Shown piece after piece: positions 47,381-57,196 of a stretch of DNA of 64,000 nt (positions within the stretch are counted from its first letter, which is position 1; each line of letters begins with the position of its first letter). A program made the position numbers and the translations under genes. This stretch comes from Bacteriovoracia bacterium. GTDB lineage: Bacteria > Bdellovibrionota > Bacteriovoracia > Bacteriovoracales > Bacteriovoracaceae. The stretch is taken from NCBI GenBank assembly GCA_046570105.1, contig JBKHVI010000004.1, positions 1-64,000 on the forward strand, read 5' to 3'. The notes under the pieces were generated by a model. It was not told the origin of the DNA. It searched no databases and was given only the letters and a program-made list of their open reading frames with translations.

Positions 47381-49219
47381 TTATTTAATCGATGCCGGAG
47401 CACGTGTCTTGTCTGGCATTAATCCTGCCTTGGATAAGGCCGCCATCTTTTCAGCTGAGCGCTGAGCAACCACACGATCGACCACTGCTTGCAGTTCTTC
47501 TTCTTTAAGAAAGCGCTGAAGGCGATGAACCAATAACACATCCAGTGCTTTGCCTGATTCTTCTTTCACCGACATCTTGAATAAGCGTGATGAATTGGAT
47601 GACAACCAACTATCTGTCACCTGTCCAAAGAGATAGTCTGTAATGACCCAATCTTTTTGCATCAGAGCGATATCAATTGGAGAACTGAAACCTGAACCTT
47701 TGGAAGGATCGGCCCCGGCAGAGATAAGGAATTTTACGACTGGAAGATTCTGTTTATGAACCGCTACTTCTAGGGGTGTGACACCAAACAAGAGATACTG
47801 GCGGGCATTGATATAAGTGGCGTGACGAGTGTAGCTTTTTAACTCATCTAAGTTACCGCGCTCAACTAACTGCAGATAAACTCTGTTTTGCTGAACATTG
47901 GTGTAAGTCAGAAGTCCTGTTAGCATGAAAAGAGAAAAACCCATCGCTAAGGCGCGCGGAGAAGCCGCTCGAAAACTCACTTCAAGCATACGGCTCACGG
48001 CCGATTGGTTCCAGTCGTAAGCCACACCCAGTGCAATTTTGGTACGGACGTTTTCAATACGCGTTTCAATTTCTGGATGAGTTTTAAACGGGTTCCAAGA
48101 AGGTTGACGACGGGCCTCTTCACGGAATTTGCGTGCCACTTTAAGAAGAGCCGTTTCCATATCTTCTAAACGAATACCGAGCTTCATCACCGCAAAAGCA
48201 TCAGCTTCGTGCTCTTGACGACGATAATTTCTAAACAGCCAAGAAACGATCATGATGTAACTTAAAACCAAAGTCACAACCAGTGAGCCACCAAAGATGA
48301 CGATACTGGTTGATGGATCATCACTTATGACCAGAGTCAGAACCATACTCAAGATAAGTGATGAGATAAGTGAAATAACTAAACCGAATACCAACAAGAA
48401 TGCGTACGTAATTCGTTTGAGAAGATGGCCATTGGCCATGTGACCTAGCTCGTGACAAATAACTGCATCAAACTCATCTCGGGTGAGCAGGTCACGCAAG
48501 CTGCGACCAATGAACATAGTTTGATTGGAAAAGCCAAACCACTTAAATCCCACCACAAAAGCGTTATTGAAATCGGGAATATCGATCCAGCGCAAACGAA
48601 CATCTTGCCATTCGATTTGCACCAAACGTTTACGAATCATCTCCAAGTGCTCTTCTTCGACGATGGCACTGTTGGGGATCATCTTCAGCATGAACATAAC
48701 GGAGAATACGATAGTTAATAAAGACAGCACCACAATACGTCCCACTGTGAAGACCAAAACTTCCATGGCATCAATACGGCCGACAGGTGAATCGATCAAA
48801 GTGGCATTTAAGAATTGAAAAATAAAAAAGGGCGCCAAGAGTGCAGCTGTCAAACGCAGATAAGAGAGCATTGATTTAATAAAGCGCTCAGGAGAAGTAT
48901 CTGCCAGTCTTCTATGCCAAGGATAGAGCAAGGTGATCTGAAAAACATAGGTCGTTAGAATTGATCCCAAACCAAAAATGACAAATTGATTGGAGGTAGA
49001 AAAACTATGTGGGACAAGTTGTGAGATCGCTAAGTAGGCCGCAAAGTGAGCAAAGTATAAAACACCAAAAGGCCGATTCACCAAACGATGAAATTCATCT
49101 AACGAAATATTTTGCGCGTTTTCACCTTTAAAGGGTTTCAAAAGTGAGTAATGCCACCACAAAGCGAAGCTTGAATAAATCACAAAACTAACAATGATGA
49201 TGGCAAGAATAGCAGACAC
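47381..49219 (-). CDS. Membrane M48 metalloprotease with C-terminal ankyrin repeats
   Basis: Multiple TMs; NNAF, HELGH, EHEADAFA, THP...RI; ankyrin TPLEVAV..VVKFLI.AGADP; C-terminal RAPAS. Confidence 0.88.
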   Translation of the reverse strand: MSAILAIIIVSFVIYSSFALWWHYSLLKPFKGENAQNISLDEFHRLVNRPFGVLYFAHFAAYLAISQLVPHSFSTSNQFVIFGLGSILTTYVFQITLLYPWHRRLADTSPERFIKSMLSYLRLTAALLAPFFIFQFLNATLIDSPVGRIDAMEVLVFTVGRIVVLSLLTIVFSVMFMLKMIPNSAIVEEEHLEMIRKRLVQIEWQDVRLRWIDIPDFNNAFVVGFKWFGFSNQTMFIGRSLRDLLTRDEFDAVICHELGHMANGHLLKRITYAFLLVFGLVISLISSLILSMVLTLVISDDPSTSIVIFGGSLVVTLVLSYIMIVSWLFRNYRRQEHEADAFAVMKLGIRLEDMETALLKVARKFREEARRQPSWNPFKTHPEIETRIENVRTKIALGVAYDWNQSAVSRMLEVSFRAASPRALAMGFSLFMLTGLLTYTNVQQNRVYLQLVERGNLDELKSYTRHATYINARQYLLFGVTPLEVAVHKQNLPVVKFLISAGADPSKGSGFSSPIDIALMQKDWVITDYLFGQVTDSWLSSNSSRLFKMSVKEESGKALDVLLVHRLQRFLKEEELQAVVDRVVAQRSAEKMAALSKAGLMPDKTRAPASIK

Positions 49220-49296
49220 GAGAATCCCTCCCAGGGTCTTACTTTCTTTTCGTCAATTTGGAGTGTTAACTATAGTACCCGAGTGAGTTCGACGGA

Positions 49297-49707
49297 TTAA
49301 AAACAAGAGCGTTTGTAGTGCATGAAAACCATTGATTGATGAACCAAACCAAGGCTGTAGTCACCAATTTTGGCCCTCACACGTACTGGAATCTTATAGT
49401 CAGTTAATCCCGTACAATTATAACCGGCCGCTCCGCCTGCAATAAGTTGGGTCATCCAAGGTGTGAGTTTCTCTCGTAAATAATTGGCATCGTATTCACG
49501 CATGGATTCTTTTTGGCATTCCGAGCGACAAGACTTCTGTGCTTCGGCATCATACTTTCCAAAATAGCTGGTTTTGAACTCACCCACTGAGTAACTACCG
49601 ACCTTTTTGGAAACGGAAAGCGGTGCCACCGCGAAAACTTCGCACTGGCAATAATCCGCTAAAACCTGTGAGCTCCAAAGAAGGAGAATAAAACCAAATA
49701 TTTTCAT
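49297..49707 (-). CDS. Secreted Cys-rich hypothetical protein
   Basis: Signal peptide (QVLA-DY); six Cys. Confidence 0.7.
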   Translation of the reverse strand: MKIFGFILLLWSSQVLADYCQCEVFAVAPLSVSKKVGSYSVGEFKTSYFGKYDAEAQKSCRSECQKESMREYDANYLREKLTPWMTQLIAGGAAGYNCTGLTDYKIPVRVRAKIGDYSLGLVHQSMVFMHYKRSCF

Positions 49708-49716
49708 TCATTGGTT

Positions 49717-49744
49717 TTATCGGTTGAGTCTGAAGGCTACTTTA
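49717..49744 (-). promoter_or_regulatory. FliA (sigma28)-type promoter overlapping the polA stop
   Basis: TAAAG-N15-ACCGATAA. Confidence 0.7.
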
Positions 49745-52367
49745 ACTCGTACCAATTCAGTCCAGTTCCCATGTCGACTCTAAGAGGAATTCGCAATTTA
49801 ACGGCGTTTTCCATGCGATCACGGACAATTTTGGCAATCAGCGCTTCTTCTTCAGGGGGAACTTCTAGGATCAATTCATCGTGCACTTGGAGGAGAAGCT
49901 TGGATTTGAGTTTTTTATCCAAGAGATCCTGCTGTAAATTGACCATCGCGAGTTTAATAATGTCCGCTGCAGTTCCTTGAATCGGACTGTTGATGGCAAT
50001 TCGCTCTGCCATAGATTTCACTTGGCGATTTTGTGATTTAATTTCTGGAATAAGCCGTTTACGACCAAAGAGTGTTTCGGCATAACCAGTCTCTTCCGCT
50101 TTTTCTTTGAGCGAGTCTAAGTAACCCTTCACTCTCCCGAAACGTTGAAAATAGAGCTTAATATAATCGCGCGCCTCATTTTGCGAAATTCGTAAAGATT
50201 GCGACAAACCAAACGCCCCTTGGCCATACATCAAACCGAAGTTAATCGCCTTAGCGCTATTACGCTGCTCTTTTGTCACTTCAGTAAGCTTAATTCCAAA
50301 AACTTCGGCAGCGGTTTGCTGGTGAATATCTTTATCGTTGGCAAAAGCATCCAACATCACTGGATCTTCCGTGAAGTGAGCGAGAATGCGTAGTTCAACT
50401 TGTGAATAGTCGGCGGAGAGAAGAATTTTTCCAGGCTCAGCGACAAATCCGCGACGTAAACGTCGTCCATTCTCAGTACGAACCGGAATGTTCTGTAAAT
50501 TCGGATTATCTGATGACAAACGGCCAGTCGCCGCATTGCCTGGACGAAAGTGAGTATGCAAACGGCCATCACTTGCGACTAAGCGAGGGAGCACTTTTAC
50601 ATAAGTTGAATTAAGTTTTTCAAGTTCACGGTACTTGAGCAGCATCTCTGGAATTGGATTCACCTTCATGGCCGCCAGTTCTTCTAAAACATCGGCGTCT
50701 GTCGAATACCCCGTTTTAGTTTTCTTAATGACGGGCAGTGATTGCTCTTCAAAAAGCATTTGCGCGACCTGCTTGGGTGATTTTAAATTCACCGGATGTC
50801 CTGCGAGAGTCTCCACTTCTTTTTCGATACTGGTCGTTTGAAGAGCAAATTCTTTTTCAAGTTCAGTGAAGAACTTCACATCTAGTGAAATTCCCTCGAG
50901 CTCCATGCGTGCCAAAACTTTAATCAACGGCAAATCAAGTTCGCGATAAGGACGATCGAGATCCTGCTCTTTTAATTTACGAGAAAGCTCTTTAGACACC
51001 TGCTCAATAACTCGCGCATGAGCAACAACAGCTTCCAAATTTACACTTTGCTCCAGTAGATCGCCCTGCCCTTCCGATTCTATTGAAGGCAGACCTTCAT
51101 CACGATATTCCCGCGAGAGAGTATCAAGATCGTGACGCCCCTCAGGGGAGAGCACAAAACAGGCCTGCGCCAAATCTTCGCCGTCGGTGAGTTCAAAACC
51201 AAAACGCAAGAAGCGCAACCAAATAGGCTTAAGCTCCCAGGCCAGTATTCTTTTTTGACTTAAGGCCAGAGTTTTCCAAAATTCTTTTTCGTCAGGAAAA
51301 TTTCCAACGACGGCTGCAGTCTCATGTACGAGAGCAACATTTGTGAGCGCGGCAAAAGGATCAAGCTCATCGCTAAATAGTGGATAAACACTGACACTCT
51401 CCGAGGCCTTACTTAAAAACTGCTCCAGTTCTTTAATTGAACTGATTTCTTTCATCACTTTGGGTGCTTCCGCTTTCTTTTCAACAGGCTTGGCAGTTGT
51501 GGCAGAAGGCAACCCTTCCACCGGTCCAATTTTCGCCAGGAAACTTCTAAAACCTAGACGATCTAAATAAGCTGCTAGTTCTGCATCCGCTTTGAAACTA
51601 AAGACCATGTCATTGGCCTTGAGTGGAAGAGTAAGATCACACTTGATAGTAGCGAGCTCTTTTGAAATACGGGCAAGATCGGCATGCTCTTTCAGCGCAC
51701 TTTGCGTTTTTTTAGCCGTCACTTCATCTGCGCGCTTTAAGATTTCTTCTAAAGTTCCAAATTGTTTTAAGAGAGCTGATGCTCCTTTCGGCCCAATACC
51801 AGGAACACCTGGAATATTGTCCGATGAATCTCCAATCAAAGAGAGGTAATCCACTATCTGCGCTGGTGGTACACCCATCTTGTCTTCCACATCAGCTGGA
51901 CCATAAGTTTTCTCTTTCATAGTATCGAGCATCTTCACGTGCTCGTTCACAAACTGCATAAGGTCTTTATCACCCGAAGCGATGAGGACTTCATCAAATT
52001 CGTTTTGGTGACGAGTGATGACTGTTCCAATAATGTCGTCGGCCTCAAAACCTGGCATCGCAATAGTAGGAAGATGTAATCTCTCAAGCAGTGTATCGAT
52101 CAGAGCAAATTGAGGGATGAGGTCTTGAGGTGGCTCAGAGCGATTGGCTTTATATTCAGGATACAAGGCCGTACGAAAAGATGGACCCTTAGTATCACGG
52201 GCACAAATCACGTGCGTCGGCTTCATGTCAGTGATCAAACGATGAAACATGGAGAGCACGCCGTAAACAGCATTAACGGGAGTTCCGTCGGGAGCAGTTA
52301 ACGGTCTGATAGCGAAGAAGGCGCGAAAAATAAAATTGCTCACATCGATGATGATCAAACGACGCAT
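49737..52367 (-). CDS. polA: DNA polymerase I
   Basis: 5'-3' exonuclease (EADD, GDKD, GD.SDNIPGVPGIG) and Pol A motifs (DYSQVELR, KAINFG..YG, QVHDE); GGAG SD before ATG 52367. Confidence 0.98.
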   Translation of the reverse strand: MRRLIIIDVSNFIFRAFFAIRPLTAPDGTPVNAVYGVLSMFHRLITDMKPTHVICARDTKGPSFRTALYPEYKANRSEPPQDLIPQFALIDTLLERLHLPTIAMPGFEADDIIGTVITRHQNEFDEVLIASGDKDLMQFVNEHVKMLDTMKEKTYGPADVEDKMGVPPAQIVDYLSLIGDSSDNIPGVPGIGPKGASALLKQFGTLEEILKRADEVTAKKTQSALKEHADLARISKELATIKCDLTLPLKANDMVFSFKADAELAAYLDRLGFRSFLAKIGPVEGLPSATTAKPVEKKAEAPKVMKEISSIKELEQFLSKASESVSVYPLFSDELDPFAALTNVALVHETAAVVGNFPDEKEFWKTLALSQKRILAWELKPIWLRFLRFGFELTDGEDLAQACFVLSPEGRHDLDTLSREYRDEGLPSIESEGQGDLLEQSVNLEAVVAHARVIEQVSKELSRKLKEQDLDRPYRELDLPLIKVLARMELEGISLDVKFFTELEKEFALQTTSIEKEVETLAGHPVNLKSPKQVAQMLFEEQSLPVIKKTKTGYSTDADVLEELAAMKVNPIPEMLLKYRELEKLNSTYVKVLPRLVASDGRLHTHFRPGNAATGRLSSDNPNLQNIPVRTENGRRLRRGFVAEPGKILLSADYSQVELRILAHFTEDPVMLDAFANDKDIHQQTAAEVFGIKLTEVTKEQRNSAKAINFGLMYGQGAFGLSQSLRISQNEARDYIKLYFQRFGRVKGYLDSLKEKAEETGYAETLFGRKRLIPEIKSQNRQVKSMAERIAINSPIQGTAADIIKLAMVNLQQDLLDKKLKSKLLLQVHDELILEVPPEEEALIAKIVRDRMENAVKLRIPLRVDMGTGLNWYELK

Positions 52368-52384
52368 GGGAGACTCCAAATTTT

Positions 52385-52879
52385 TTAAGGGATCATCGGC
52401 TTACGATCTTCAAACCAAGTCTGGCGTCTGACACTCATACTTTGAGGATCATTGCCTACGACAGTTGTGTCTGCCATGACATCACCTAAGCGGTGAGCCG
52501 AATCGAGCTTAAATAAAAAATATAATTCTAAAAAACTGAGTGGAATCGATAAAAGCACACACAGAATCCATCCCCAAAACGGAACCATCGCTAATCCGAT
52601 AGGTAAAAGGAAAGGAAGATTGCGGATAAAAGACTGGCGCATTCCGCAAGGACGACCATCTTCTAAAGAGACAACACGAAAGCCGATGATTCTTTTACCT
52701 AATGATTGGCCGTCAAAAAGTGAGTCTGAAATGGCCAAATAACCGAGGGCCAGGGCCAATCCCCAGGGATAGCCAAAAAAAGCCAAAATGACGACCAGTC
52801 CTAAGTCGATACTTTTAGCGATTAGTCGTGCAATGCGGGCACGGCGTGGCCCAACAGAAAGAAGGTATTTACGATCCAT
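52385..52879 (-). CDS. RDD family membrane protein
   Basis: R..A..ID, GQSLGK..G.RVV, RN, R.GD..A.T.V. Confidence 0.88.
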   Translation of the reverse strand: MDRKYLLSVGPRRARIARLIAKSIDLGLVVILAFFGYPWGLALALGYLAISDSLFDGQSLGKRIIGFRVVSLEDGRPCGMRQSFIRNLPFLLPIGLAMVPFWGWILCVLLSIPLSFLELYFLFKLDSAHRLGDVMADTTVVGNDPQSMSVRRQTWFEDRKPMIP

Positions 52880-53007
52880 GGGCCAATCATACCGGACGTA
52901 TCACTTGTTTTCCAGGTGCTTGCCTTGCCGGAAACACTGTCTTCAGCTAAAGTGAAGGTGATTATACTGTGGCGCTGCAATAAAAAGCGCCCTTTAAGGA
53001 GAACCCC

Positions 53008-53331
53008 ATGGCCAATCTTAAAAGTGTCACCAACGATAACTTCGAGCAAGAAGTCATCAATTCATCTACCCCTGTCCTGGTTGATTTCTGGGCCGAGTGG
53101 TGTGGACCTTGTCGTGCTTTGGGCCCAGTACTTGAAGAAGTAGCTGCGGAAAATACCGGAAAAGTTCAAATCGTAAAAGTTAACGTTGATGAAGCTCCTG
53201 AGCTCGCCAACCGTTTCGGTATTCGCGGAATTCCAACGATGATTTTGTTCAAAGGTGGCGAAGTAAAAAGCACTTTGATGGGCAATCAGCCAAAAGCTGA
53301 AATCGTTAAACAAATTAACTCTCTCGCCTAA
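53008..53331 (+). CDS. trxA: Thioredoxin
   Basis: WCGPC, GIPT. Confidence 0.97.
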   Translation: MANLKSVTNDNFEQEVINSSTPVLVDFWAEWCGPCRALGPVLEEVAAENTGKVQIVKVNVDEAPELANRFGIRGIPTMILFKGGEVKSTLMGNQPKAEIVKQINSLA

Positions 53332-53912
53332 TGAATTTCATTCGTGAAGCGTACCAAGAGGCCCGTCACACTCTCGATCAATTTTTCGAGAGTGAGGCGC
53401 AGATTGCTTTGGTTGAAAAAGCCATCGGGACTTTTGTTACGAGCTTCAAAAATGGTGGACACGTATTTAGCTGCGGAAATGGCGGCTCCATGTGTGACTC
53501 ACTTCATTTTGCCGAAGAACTCACTGGTCGCTATCGCAAAGATCGCCGCCCCCTACCGGCGACGGGTATTAGTGAGGCAGGACATATAACTTGCATCGCT
53601 AACGACTTCGGTTTCGAGTACATCTTCTCTCGCTACATCGAAGCATGGGGCGGAAAGAATGATACCCTGCTCGCGATCTCAACCAGCGGAAACTCAGCTA
53701 ACGTCATTAAGGCCGTGGAGGCTGCCAAGGCCCACGGGATGAAAGTCGTCGCTCTTTTAGGTAAAGACGGCGGTAAGCTCAAATCCATGGTAGATGTCCC
53801 ATTAATCATCCCTTGTGGCATAACTGACCGAATTCAGGAAGTTCACATCAAGCTTATTCATATCTTTATTGAGGGAATTGAGCGCGAACTTTTCCCCGAA
53901 AATTACCGCTAA
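53331..53912 (+). CDS. gmhA: Phosphoheptose isomerase
   Basis: CGNGGS..D..HFAEEL.GRY, ISTSGNS.N, RIQEVH. Confidence 0.96.
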   Translation: MNFIREAYQEARHTLDQFFESEAQIALVEKAIGTFVTSFKNGGHVFSCGNGGSMCDSLHFAEELTGRYRKDRRPLPATGISEAGHITCIANDFGFEYIFSRYIEAWGGKNDTLLAISTSGNSANVIKAVEAAKAHGMKVVALLGKDGGKLKSMVDVPLIIPCGITDRIQEVHIKLIHIFIEGIERELFPENYR

Positions 53913-53998
53913 ACGCCTGTAAAGTTTACTCAAATTTCGCAATGCATCACAATTTATGTTATGAACGCCCCGTTAAATACATTTAAACGAGGTGTTCT

Positions 53999-54886
53999 AT
54001 GCGTGGGTTTATTGCTCTAGCGTTCCTACTGTCCGCCTTTCAAGCGTTGGCAGGGGAAACATTAACAACTGTGGTCTCTGTGGTTGATTCCATGAAGACT
54101 GGACGTATCTTGATCCTTTCAGCGGTTGATGGTCGTGTCTATAAGACTGAGCCAACTGAAGGTATGAAGAAACATCTTGAAGGTTTCATCAATCGTCCTG
54201 TGCGCTTGCTTTGGACAGAACGCGGAGAAGAACGTCTCGTCACACATATCGAAGCGCTTAATCCCAACGCAGTAGCAGCTGAAGGTCTTGACCTTAATCC
54301 ATTTGCTCCAAGTGCAGATCGCGATGTTCCACCGACAGATGTTGGCTCATACAAGAACGCCGAACGCATGTTTAACACTCTTAACGATGGTGATAAGTCT
54401 CGTTCTCAGTGTTTCAAGCGCGCCCACATCTGGGCCTGGGATATGTGGTCTAACTTTGGTGTTCAAAGTCAAAAAATCTACATCTTCTATACTCGCCGCT
54501 ACATTCAACTTGAAGAGTTCGACTGGTGGTTTCACGTAGCACCCGTAGTAACTGCTGACGGTGTTGATTATGTTTTTGATCGCACATACTTGAAGAAGCC
54601 AGCCACTATTAAAGAGTGGAAAGAAAAATTCATGAAAGGCTCAATCACATGTAGCGATATGGACAATATCGCCACTTACGATAACAACCAGTGGTCACGT
54701 CTTTGTTTCTTAATGAAGACTCCTATGTGGTACTTCCGTCCTTTGGATATTCGTAATCGTGATGAGAAAGGAATTGAGAAAAATAACTGGGTATTGATGG
54801 AACTCCAAGATTCTCGCCGCGCTTTCAAAGATGGCGAAGATATCTACGAAGCTCTCGATACCGGCAAACGTACTGTGACTCACTAA
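53999..54886 (+). CDS. Secreted protein-glutamine glutaminase-like protein
   Basis: Signal peptide; QCFKRAH, WWFHVAP, VFD putative Cys-His-Asp triad. Confidence 0.7.
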   Translation: MRGFIALAFLLSAFQALAGETLTTVVSVVDSMKTGRILILSAVDGRVYKTEPTEGMKKHLEGFINRPVRLLWTERGEERLVTHIEALNPNAVAAEGLDLNPFAPSADRDVPPTDVGSYKNAERMFNTLNDGDKSRSQCFKRAHIWAWDMWSNFGVQSQKIYIFYTRRYIQLEEFDWWFHVAPVVTADGVDYVFDRTYLKKPATIKEWKEKFMKGSITCSDMDNIATYDNNQWSRLCFLMKTPMWYFRPLDIRNRDEKGIEKNNWVLMELQDSRRAFKDGEDIYEALDTGKRTVTH

Positions 54887-54896
54887 GGACTAACAT

Positions 54897-55322
54897 ATGA
54901 AACACTTATTAATCGCATTGGCCCTCGTAACGACCGCAGCCCAAGCCCACACCATCACAGGCCAGATGGTTTTAAAAGGGACTGCAAAAACTAAGATCAT
55001 GATTCAAGGGTCTGAAGCCAAATGTAATGTGAAGATCGATGAGATTAAAAACAACCTCATCGAAGATAGCTTTGGAAACCCGGCGTACCACGTTTGGACA
55101 AAGATTGAGCTTGCGAGCTCACTAAGTGCAACTACACCTATCAATTATAAATTGGATGTTCGTTTCACGAATATTCATAAAACTGCTGACGGCAAAATGG
55201 TACGCGATGATTTGTATGTTGGTGAAGACGTTCCACGCGCTCGCATGGTTGTGAATGAAAAAGGCCGTATTAAACAAGTGGTTTTCCCGGTAGGGGCAGA
55301 CACCATCACTTGTAATTTCTAA
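54897..55322 (+). CDS. Secreted hypothetical protein
   Basis: Signal peptide (AQA-HT); two Cys; AAGGA SD. Confidence 0.7.
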   Translation: MKHLLIALALVTTAAQAHTITGQMVLKGTAKTKIMIQGSEAKCNVKIDEIKNNLIEDSFGNPAYHVWTKIELASSLSATTPINYKLDVRFTNIHKTADGKMVRDDLYVGEDVPRARMVVNEKGRIKQVVFPVGADTITCNF

Positions 55323-55333
55323 ATTCTCCGACT

Positions 55334-55362
55334 GCAGTACTCACCCATCGTGTGGGTACTGC
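55334..55362 (+). terminator. Hairpin downstream of the secreted gene pair
   Basis: gcagtactcac/gtgggtactgc 11-bp stem; weak T-tract. Confidence 0.45.
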
Positions 55363-55446
55363 TACTTATCTCTTGGTTCCTGAGCGGGAACCGCTATAAT
55401 CAAACATAAGAGCTTAATTCTTCATCCACGCCAAGGGGATAGCTAT

Positions 55447-56082
55447 ATGTCTTTTTTGCAGTCAGCAGTACAGTTCATTATTGATGGTGGCTTTTTCATG
55501 TACGTCATCCTCGCCTGCTTCGCAGTAGGTTTTGCTTTCGTCGTCGAGAGAATGAAAAAACTCTCTTCCATGGATGTGGATGGACCTTCATTCATGAATG
55601 AACTCCAACGCTACGTTCTCTCAAATGATATTCAAGGTGCCATCCGAGTGTGCTCAGGCTCACAAGGTGCGCTTCCAAAAGTTTTAAAGAGCGGCTTGAA
55701 GCGCGCCAACCAAGGGCCAGCGCAAATTCAAAATGCCATCGATGCGACAGCTCTCGAAGTGATTCCAAAACTCGAGCAGCGCCTTCCTTACTTACAACTT
55801 GTAGCAAACCTTTCAACTTTGTTTGGTCTCTTGGGTACTATCCAAGGTTTGATTCAATCATTCGCGGCCATCTCGGCTGCTGACCCAACTCAAAAAGCTG
55901 AAGTTCTCTCAAGCGGTATCGCGATTGCGATGTATACCACTGCCATGGGTCTAGGTTCAGCCATTGTTATCATGATTTTCCACGCTGTCTTAGCGGCCAA
56001 AGCTGAAAAGATCGTCGGTGAAATCGATGAGTACTCAGTCAAAATGTTGGATCTAATCGGCACGAAGAAAGTCGAGGACTAA
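55447..56082 (+). CDS. aglR: MotA/TolQ/ExbB proton channel (gliding motor AglR-like)
   Basis: GLLGTIQGLI.SF, GIAIAM.TTA.GL; adjacent to the glt cluster. Confidence 0.8.
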   Translation: MSFLQSAVQFIIDGGFFMYVILACFAVGFAFVVERMKKLSSMDVDGPSFMNELQRYVLSNDIQGAIRVCSGSQGALPKVLKSGLKRANQGPAQIQNAIDATALEVIPKLEQRLPYLQLVANLSTLFGLLGTIQGLIQSFAAISAADPTQKAEVLSSGIAIAMYTTAMGLGSAIVIMIFHAVLAAKAEKIVGEIDEYSVKMLDLIGTKKVED

Positions 56083-56086
56083 GAAC

Positions 56087-56614
56087 GTGAAACTTCCCAG
56101 CGGACGGCGCAAGAAGCGCCCACAGGAGAAGCTGAATCTAGTACCCATCATGGATGCGGTCTTTATTTTCATTTTCTTCTTGTTGATGTCGGCCCAGTTC
56201 TTACAGATCATGGAAATTGGATCTGACGTCCCTATTATTTCAGATGCTCAACCACCTAAGCCTGATAAAGACCCACTTGCTCTGCAATTAAAGATCGAAG
56301 AAAACACACTCACTCTCATGCGTGGTTTGCAGTCACAAGTCGTGGCCCGTTATGCTCGTAAAGGTGATGGCAGCTATGATCTAGAACCACTTCATCAGAA
56401 GTTGGTCGAGATCAAAAAGACTCGCGTGAATGAAGAGAACATCATTCTTCAGCCTGAGTGGGACATTAGTTACGAAGAAATCATTAAAATCATGGATACA
56501 GTACGCCTACTCAACAATACCGACGATGCCATTTTCAAAAAAGGCAAAGACGGGATTGATGAGAAGGTTAAAACGCTCTTTGCCAAAATTATCTTTGGCA
56601 ATCTAATGGGTTAA
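56087..56614 (+). CDS. aglQ: ExbD/TolR family (AglQ-like)
   Basis: LNLVPIMD..FI.IFFLL TM with Asp; Y..II..MD. Confidence 0.75.
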   Translation: MKLPSGRRKKRPQEKLNLVPIMDAVFIFIFFLLMSAQFLQIMEIGSDVPIISDAQPPKPDKDPLALQLKIEENTLTLMRGLQSQVVARYARKGDGSYDLEPLHQKLVEIKKTRVNEENIILQPEWDISYEEIIKIMDTVRLLNNTDDAIFKKGKDGIDEKVKTLFAKIIFGNLMG

Positions 56615-56616
56615 TT

Positions 56617-57126
56617 ATGGGTTCACGCCGCATTCAAGGTCGCCGCCGTAGAAAGACGATGCAAGCACTCGATCTTGATATCACGTCTCTACTCGATATC
56701 TTGACCATCCTTTTGGTGTTTTTGATCCAAAGTTATAACGCTTCAGGCGTTATCATTAACGTTCCAGATGGCATCACACTTCCGCGTTCGGCTTCTGAAA
56801 ACCAAAATACCTTTGGTGTAAACGTTCAGGTCTCGGCCGACAAGATTTGGGTGGATGACGTTGAGGTCTTTAATACCGCAGCCATGCCAGAAAAAGTCTA
56901 TGACAACGACGGCCGTCGCATCATTGCGCTTTATAACGAGCTGGTTCGCGTAAAAGAAAACATCAAGCGCACCGAAAAAACCTCACCCGATGCAAAGAAA
57001 TTTTCAGGTATCGCCAACCTCGTGATCGATAAGACTTTGAAGTACAACTACGTAAAGCGCGTGATGTTCACTTGCGCTGATGCCGGCTTTAAAGAATTTA
57101 AGTTTGTTGTTCTGACGACGAAATAA
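56617..57126 (+). CDS. aglS: ExbD/TolR family (AglS-like)
   Basis: LDITSLLDILTILLVFL; DK...Y..VKRVM.T...AGF. Confidence 0.75.
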   Translation: MGSRRIQGRRRRKTMQALDLDITSLLDILTILLVFLIQSYNASGVIINVPDGITLPRSASENQNTFGVNVQVSADKIWVDDVEVFNTAAMPEKVYDNDGRRIIALYNELVRVKENIKRTEKTSPDAKKFSGIANLVIDKTLKYNYVKRVMFTCADAGFKEFKFVVLTTK

Positions 57127-57146
57127 TTTTTATCTTCATTTGAAGC

Positions 57147-57180
57147 AATAAAAAAGCCCCAGCAATGGGGCTTTTTTATT
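57147..57180. terminator. Bidirectional intrinsic terminator
   Basis: aataaaaaagcccc-agcaat-ggggcttttttatt perfect inverted repeat between convergent operons. Confidence 0.92.
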
Positions 57181-57196
57181 TCGTATGTTGTTTAAA

